Below are positions 59,549-64,000 of a DNA stretch of 64,000 nucleotides, piece by piece. The stretch is from an uncultured Eubacteriales bacterium (GTDB lineage Bacteria; Bacillota; Clostridia; Oscillospirales; Acutalibacteraceae), in the NCBI GenBank assembly GCA_900315815.1, contig ONAS01000001.1, positions 1,690-65,689 of the forward strand, in the 5' to 3' direction. Position 1 is the stretch's first letter, and each line of letters starts with the position of its first letter. The notes beneath the pieces were generated by a model. That model ran no database searches. It was not told where the DNA came from and was given only the letters and a program-made list of their open reading frames with translations. A program made the position numbers and the translations under genes.

Positions 59549-60877
59549 TTATCTTTCTCTGATATTCTTGATGATGTCCTCGACAGTCTCTCTCAGAGAA
59601 GGATCGTTTTTGATATTCTTTTCGACCTGCTGGACGGTATAGACGATGGTCGAATAATGTCTTCCGCCGAATTCATTGCCGATGCTTTCCATGGAAAGGG
59701 TCGTCAGCTCTCTGACGATATAGATCGCAATCTGACGCGGCTTGTTGATCTCCGCGCGGCGTGATTTTGTCGAGCGCAGATCCTCGCTGTTGACGCCGAA
59801 GGTACGCGCGACCTCGTCGATGATCTTTTCAACGGTCAGCTCAGGCGGCGTGTCGTCATTGAGAATCTCCGCGATGGTCTCGTTGACGGTCGTCAGCGTC
59901 GGCGCTTCCTTTGTCAGATTATAGCGCGCCATCAGCTTTTTGACGACGCCCTCCAGCTGACGGATATTGGTCTTCAGCTTGTTGGCAATATATTCGCACA
60001 GGTCGTTGCTGAGATTCAGACCGATGATCTCCGCCTTGCGCTTGATGATCGCCATGCGCGTCTCAAAGTCCGGCGGCTGGATGTCTGCGAGCAATCCCAT
60101 CTCGAATCGGCCTCTGAGGCGATCGGTCAGTACCTTGATCTCCTTGGGCGGACGGTCGGATGTCAGTACGATCTGTTTTTTTGCGTCGTACAGTGCGTCA
60201 AAGGTATGGAAGAATTCCTCCTGTGTGCTTTCCTTGCCGCCGATGAACTGGACGTCGTCGACCAGCAACACATCCGCCTGTCTGTATTTTTGTCTGAACT
60301 GCGCGGTGGTTTTATTCATGATGGACTGGATGATCTCGTTTGCAAAATCCTCGCCCTTGATATAAATGACGTTGCAGTTTTTATCTCTCTGCTTGATCTC
60401 ATTGCCGATCGCATACAGCAGATGCGTTTTTCCCAGACCCGAGTTGCCGTATATGAACAGCGGATTGTATGCGGAAGCAGGATTCTGTGCGACCGCCATC
60501 GACGCGGCGTGTGCGAATTTGTTGGACGAGCCGACGATGTAGGTGTCAAAGGTGAATTCATAGCCGGTGTCCACCGAGGTCTCATCGCCCAGGAGCTTTT
60601 CCTTCTGCTTTTCATTTTCCTCCGGTATCACGAAGATGGTTTCAAAGGTGGTGCCCAGTACCGCTTCGTACGCCTCCTCCAGCTTCGGCAGATAACCGCG
60701 AATCAGCGTCTGACGGTGAAAATCATTAGGCACCATCAGGGTGATGACTCCCTTTTCAAAGTCGATCCCGATCGGTTCGATCCTGGAGATCCAGGTCTTA
60801 TATGCGACGTCGACGATTTTTTTTTCCTGCCGCAGATAATCGCAGATGATTCCCCAACCTTCTTTAAAATTATCCAT
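59549..60877 (-). CDS. dnaA: Chromosomal replication initiator DnaA
   Basis: YTFDTYIVGSSN-like, YNPLFIYGNSGLGKTHLL, LLVDDVQFI, NIRQLEG. Confidence 0.99.
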   Translation of the reverse strand: MDNFKEGWGIICDYLRQEKKIVDVAYKTWISRIEPIGIDFEKGVITLMVPNDFHRQTLIRGYLPKLEEAYEAVLGTTFETIFVIPEENEKQKEKLLGDETSVDTGYEFTFDTYIVGSSNKFAHAASMAVAQNPASAYNPLFIYGNSGLGKTHLLYAIGNEIKQRDKNCNVIYIKGEDFANEIIQSIMNKTTAQFRQKYRQADVLLVDDVQFIGGKESTQEEFFHTFDALYDAKKQIVLTSDRPPKEIKVLTDRLRGRFEMGLLADIQPPDFETRMAIIKRKAEIIGLNLSNDLCEYIANKLKTNIRQLEGVVKKLMARYNLTKEAPTLTTVNETIAEILNDDTPPELTVEKIIDEVARTFGVNSEDLRSTKSRRAEINKPRQIAIYIVRELTTLSMESIGNEFGGRHYSTIVYTVQQVEKNIKNDPSLRETVEDIIKNIRER

Positions 60878-61304
60878 GTTTTTTCCCTTCCTTATTCATA
60901 ATATCTGAACACAAAAAATGAATGAAATTTTCTTCAAAAATGCCTGTCCGGAAGCACCTGCCCGATTTGTCAAAATCGGACAGAAAACGTGCTGTAAAAC
61001 GTACAGATTCAACAAAAAAAACCGTGGTTTTACCGGGTCTTTTTTTCACGATCCCATAATAGCCCATTATTGTTTTAGATTATACCAAAAAACCGCCGCA
61101 AAAGCAATATATATTACATTACAATATTTTAACATTTTCACATATATAAGTATATATATACATCAATAATATAAGGCAGAGAAAACTGTTTTCATGATTC
61201 TACATAAATTGTGTTATAAAAACATGACAACTACTATATCTTGTGGGTGATTTCGGCGGATTTTTTCAAAGAATAAAAAACAATATATTATTGCAAAATT
61301 TTTA

Positions 61305-61333
61305 TTGACTAAAAGGAAAAATTGCAGTATAAT
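61305..61333 (+). promoter_or_regulatory. Sigma-A promoter of rpmH operon
   Basis: TTGACT-17 bp-TATAAT. Confidence 0.8.
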
Positions 61334-61373
61334 GCTAACTTGTAAGGTTATGTACCCGAAAGGAGGATTATGA

Positions 61374-61508
61374 ATGCTCAGAACATATCAGCCTAAAAAG
61401 ATTCACCGCAAAAAGGAGCACGGCTTCAGAAAGAGAATGTCTACCAGCAACGGCCGTAAGGTTCTCGCTAGAAGAAGAGCTAAGGGCAGAAAGCAACTGT
61501 CATACTGA
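61374..61508 (+). CDS. rpmH: 50S ribosomal protein L34 (not in ORF track)
   Basis: Manual translation [44 protein letters not shown]. Confidence 0.98.
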   Translation: MLRTYQPKKIHRKKEHGFRKRMSTSNGRKVLARRRAKGRKQLSY

Positions 61509-61593
61509 TTCTTAAGGCCACTCACGGCAGTGGTCTTTCTTTTATTTCACGGGATAAACCGCTTTATTCCGAAAACTCACGATCGGTGGTTTG

Positions 61594-61932
61594 ATGAAAA
61601 TTACTTCTATAACCGGCAACCGGGATTTTCAGCGCATTTACCGACGCGGTAAGTCATGCGTTTCTCCGGGGCTCGTTACCTACGTACTGAAAAATAAACA
61701 CAATAACCTTAGAATCGGAATAACCACCTCAAAAAAGGTCGGCAAGGCAGTCAAACGCAACCGCAGCCGAAGAGTAATCCGCGCGGCGTTTTCACATCTT
61801 CCTGTTGATATGAGCCAACCGTATGATATTATTTTTGTAGCGCGTACCAAAACCTGTTATCTCAAAAGCTATGAGGTCGAATGTTATATGCGCCAGCATC
61901 TGACGACACTCGGAGTATTGAAGCCGCTATGA
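61594..61932 (+). CDS. rnpA: Ribonuclease P protein component
   Basis: [27 protein letters not shown] motif. Confidence 0.95.
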   Translation: MKITSITGNRDFQRIYRRGKSCVSPGLVTYVLKNKHNNLRIGITTSKKVGKAVKRNRSRRVIRAAFSHLPVDMSQPYDIIFVARTKTCYLKSYEVECYMRQHLTTLGVLKPL

Positions 61933-62156
61933 AAAAACTGCTGTTGAAATTGATTCGTTTTTATCAGACTGCCATCTCTCCCCACACCAAGCCCAAGTGC
62001 AAGTATTTTCCAACCTGTTCCCATTATACCTACGAAGCGATCGAAACCTACGGCGCGTTCAAAGGCGCCTTCATGGGACTGTGGAGAATATTGAGATGTA
62101 ATCCGTGGTCAAAGGGCGGCTACGACCCCGTCCCTGAAAAACGCCGCAAAATCTGA
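61929..62156 (+). CDS. yidD: Membrane protein insertion efficiency factor
   Basis: [26 protein letters not shown]. Confidence 0.96.
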   Translation: MKKLLLKLIRFYQTAISPHTKPKCKYFPTCSHYTYEAIETYGAFKGAFMGLWRILRCNPWSKGGYDPVPEKRRKI

Positions 62157-62179
62157 AGCTTTAAGAGAGGCTTTTGTCT

Positions 62180-63190
62180 ATGTTCCAAATTTTTAACTAT
62201 GTAGGATGGGCATTCGGCTATGTCTTATGGGCGCTGTTTTTTATTTTCAAAAACTTCGGCGTATCCATTTTCTTCTTTACGATCATTACCCGACTGCTGA
62301 TGTTCCCCACCTCCGTCAAGCAGCAAAAAAGCATGGCGGCAAACTCCCGGCTGCAGGCAAAGCAGCGGGAGCTGAAAGAAAAGTACGGCAATAATAAACA
62401 AAAGTATAATGAAGAGGTTCAAAAGCTCTACGCCAAGGAGGGCGCTTCCCCCTTCGGCGGATGTCTGACCTCTCTGGTACCGATGTTCATCATGCTCGGT
62501 ATCTATTATTCTGTCGTACGTCCCCTGTCTAACGTTATCCACATCGCCTCCGACAAGATGACCGACCTGATCACCCTGATCAACGGCATCCCCGGAGTCA
62601 ACGTCTCGACCAGCAATATCTATCACGAGATGGATATTCTTCGTATTTTCAACAATCCGGAGTCCTTTGCACTGCTCCAGAATCACGGCAAGGGTATCAG
62701 CTCCATCCTTTCCGACGGCGATATCAGCCAGATCCAGAATCTGGCGGGCGGCTTCAAGTTCTTTGGTCTTGACCTGCTCGATATCCCGAGCGTCAACGGT
62801 TTCTTATCCGTGATCATCATCATTCCCGCGCTGGTACTGATCACCTCTGTCGGTTCTCAGTTACTCACCATGCGCATGCAGAGCAATATGATGAATCAGC
62901 AGCAGGGCTGTATGAAATACATGCTCCTGTTCCTGCCGCTTATCACGGTATACATCTCCTACATCGTACCGGGCGCAGTCGGTTTCTACTGGATCTGTTC
63001 TACCGTGATCGGTTTTATCCAGACGGTCATCATCAACAAGTTCTATTCACCGCTGAATATCACCGCGAAAGCAGAGGCACAGCATGTCGCCTTGCTTGAA
63101 CAAAAGGAGGCAAAGGTACCCTATATCTACGTACCCTCCGCCCCCGTTCAGGACAACCAGAAAACAGCGAAGAATAAGAAGAAAAAGTAA
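62180..63190 (+). CDS. yidC: YidC/Oxa1 membrane protein insertase
   Basis: NFGVSIFFFTIITRLLMFP, GGCLTSLVPM, FFGLDL, FYWICS. Confidence 0.95.
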   Translation: MFQIFNYVGWAFGYVLWALFFIFKNFGVSIFFFTIITRLLMFPTSVKQQKSMAANSRLQAKQRELKEKYGNNKQKYNEEVQKLYAKEGASPFGGCLTSLVPMFIMLGIYYSVVRPLSNVIHIASDKMTDLITLINGIPGVNVSTSNIYHEMDILRIFNNPESFALLQNHGKGISSILSDGDISQIQNLAGGFKFFGLDLLDIPSVNGFLSVIIIIPALVLITSVGSQLLTMRMQSNMMNQQQGCMKYMLLFLPLITVYISYIVPGAVGFYWICSTVIGFIQTVIINKFYSPLNITAKAEAQHVALLEQKEAKVPYIYVPSAPVQDNQKTAKNKKKK

Positions 63191-63229
63191 TTCAGTAAGC
63201 TATTGTAAGAATTAAGAGAAGGTGCAAAA

Positions 63230-64000
63230 TTGATCAGAGAAGCGATTGCTACAGGCGCAACGGTAGAAGAAGCAAAAGAAAATGCCTGTAAAGAGCTGGG
63301 CGTCGAAACCTACGACGACCGTATAGATTTTGAAATCATTGAGATGCAGAGCAAAAAGGTGCTCGGTCTTTTCGGAGGTCATCCCGCCAAGGTTAAGGTC
63401 ATCCTGAAGCAGAGCGCGGCGCAGGCGGTCGAGGAATATATCCGCAACATCATCGACTGCATCGGTCTCTCCGGCATTACCCTTTCCACCAAAGAAGAAG
63501 ACAACGTCATCACCATCGATATCGAAGGCGACGAGGTCGGCTTTATCATCGGCCGCAGAGGCGAAACACTGGACGCGCTCCAGCATCTTGCCTGTCTGGT
63601 GGTCAACCGTATCGATCCCGCTTATAAGAGAGTCGTTATCAACACCGGCGACTATCGCGAAAAGCGTGAAAAGACACTCGAGTCCCTCGGCCGCAGACTG
63701 GCGATCAAAGCCGCCAAGACCGGCAAAAAGAGCGTGCTTGAGCCGATGAATCCCTATGAGCGCAGGATCATCCATACCGCGGTCCAGAAGGTCAACGGTG
63801 CGACATCCTGGAGCGAGGGCGAAAACATGAACCGTCATGTCGTCATCGGTCCCGACGGCAAGCGTGACAGAGGCGGAAGAGGCGGCAGAAAGCCCTACAA
63901 CGGCAGAGGAAGAAATTCCGGTAAGCCGAAGCAGAAAACTCCCGCCCCCAACCCCGACCGCAAGCCCCTGAACGAGGGCGCTGGTATGGGTCTTTACGGC
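63230..64000 (+). CDS. jag: Jag/KhpB (EloR) RNA-binding protein, 3'-truncated (not in ORF track)
   Basis: TTG start after GAAGGTG; KH motif GFIIGRRGETLDALQ; R3H motif MNPYERRIIHTAV. Confidence 0.93.
   Translation, partial: MIREAIATGATVEEAKENACKELGVETYDDRIDFEIIEMQSKKVLGLFGGHPAKVKVILKQSAAQAVEEYIRNIIDCIGLSGITLSTKEEDNVITIDIEGDEVGFIIGRRGETLDALQHLACLVVNRIDPAYKRVVINTGDYREKREKTLESLGRRLAIKAAKTGKKSVLEPMNPYERRIIHTAVQKVNGATSWSEGENMNRHVVIGPDGKRDRGGRGGRKPYNGRGRNSGKPKQKTPAPNPDRKPLNEGAGMGLYG

Noticed and set aside
59147-64000. parS sites near the origin
   Set aside because: No TGTTNCACGTGAAACA-like palindrome seen by eye in the window

Overview
Chromosomal origin-of-replication region of a GC-rich Clostridia-class bacterium, most likely a Ruminococcus-like organism (inferred from a dockerin protein, FN3-repeat surface proteins and gene order). 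The right third is the conserved oriC block: jag(partial)-yidC-yidD-rnpA-rpmH / dnaA-oriC-dnaN-yaaA-recF-remB-gyrB-gyrA. It is followed leftwards by a long ZapA-like gene, a U32 peptidase, dut and mreBCD-pbp2-minD-mgsA. The middle holds housekeeping and envelope genes (lepA, nth, asnB, dapL, rplM-rpsI, tcdA, hydE, an OmpR-type two-component pair) mixed with lipoproteins. The left end holds a TIR/Sel1/TPR protein (truncated by the window edge), tRNA-Thr(GGT), three tandem FN3-repeat secreted cysteine hydrolases and an arsenite-resistance operon. I saw no integrase, transposase, prophage or CRISPR array. Most striking observations: (1) DnaA has substitutions at all three major-groove specificity positions, and oriC carries variant TGTGGAAAT-type boxes next to an intact DnaA-trio element; (2) a separate DnaA-box cluster is encoded inside the U32 gene; (3) the ZapA-like protein ends in a beta-clamp-like motif; (4) an unannotated 37-aa RiPP-precursor-like gene; (5) a modular cell-wall-hydrolase trio; (6) a homopolymer frameshift at the acr3 5' end. 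All domain calls come from motif recognition by eye; no database searches were run.
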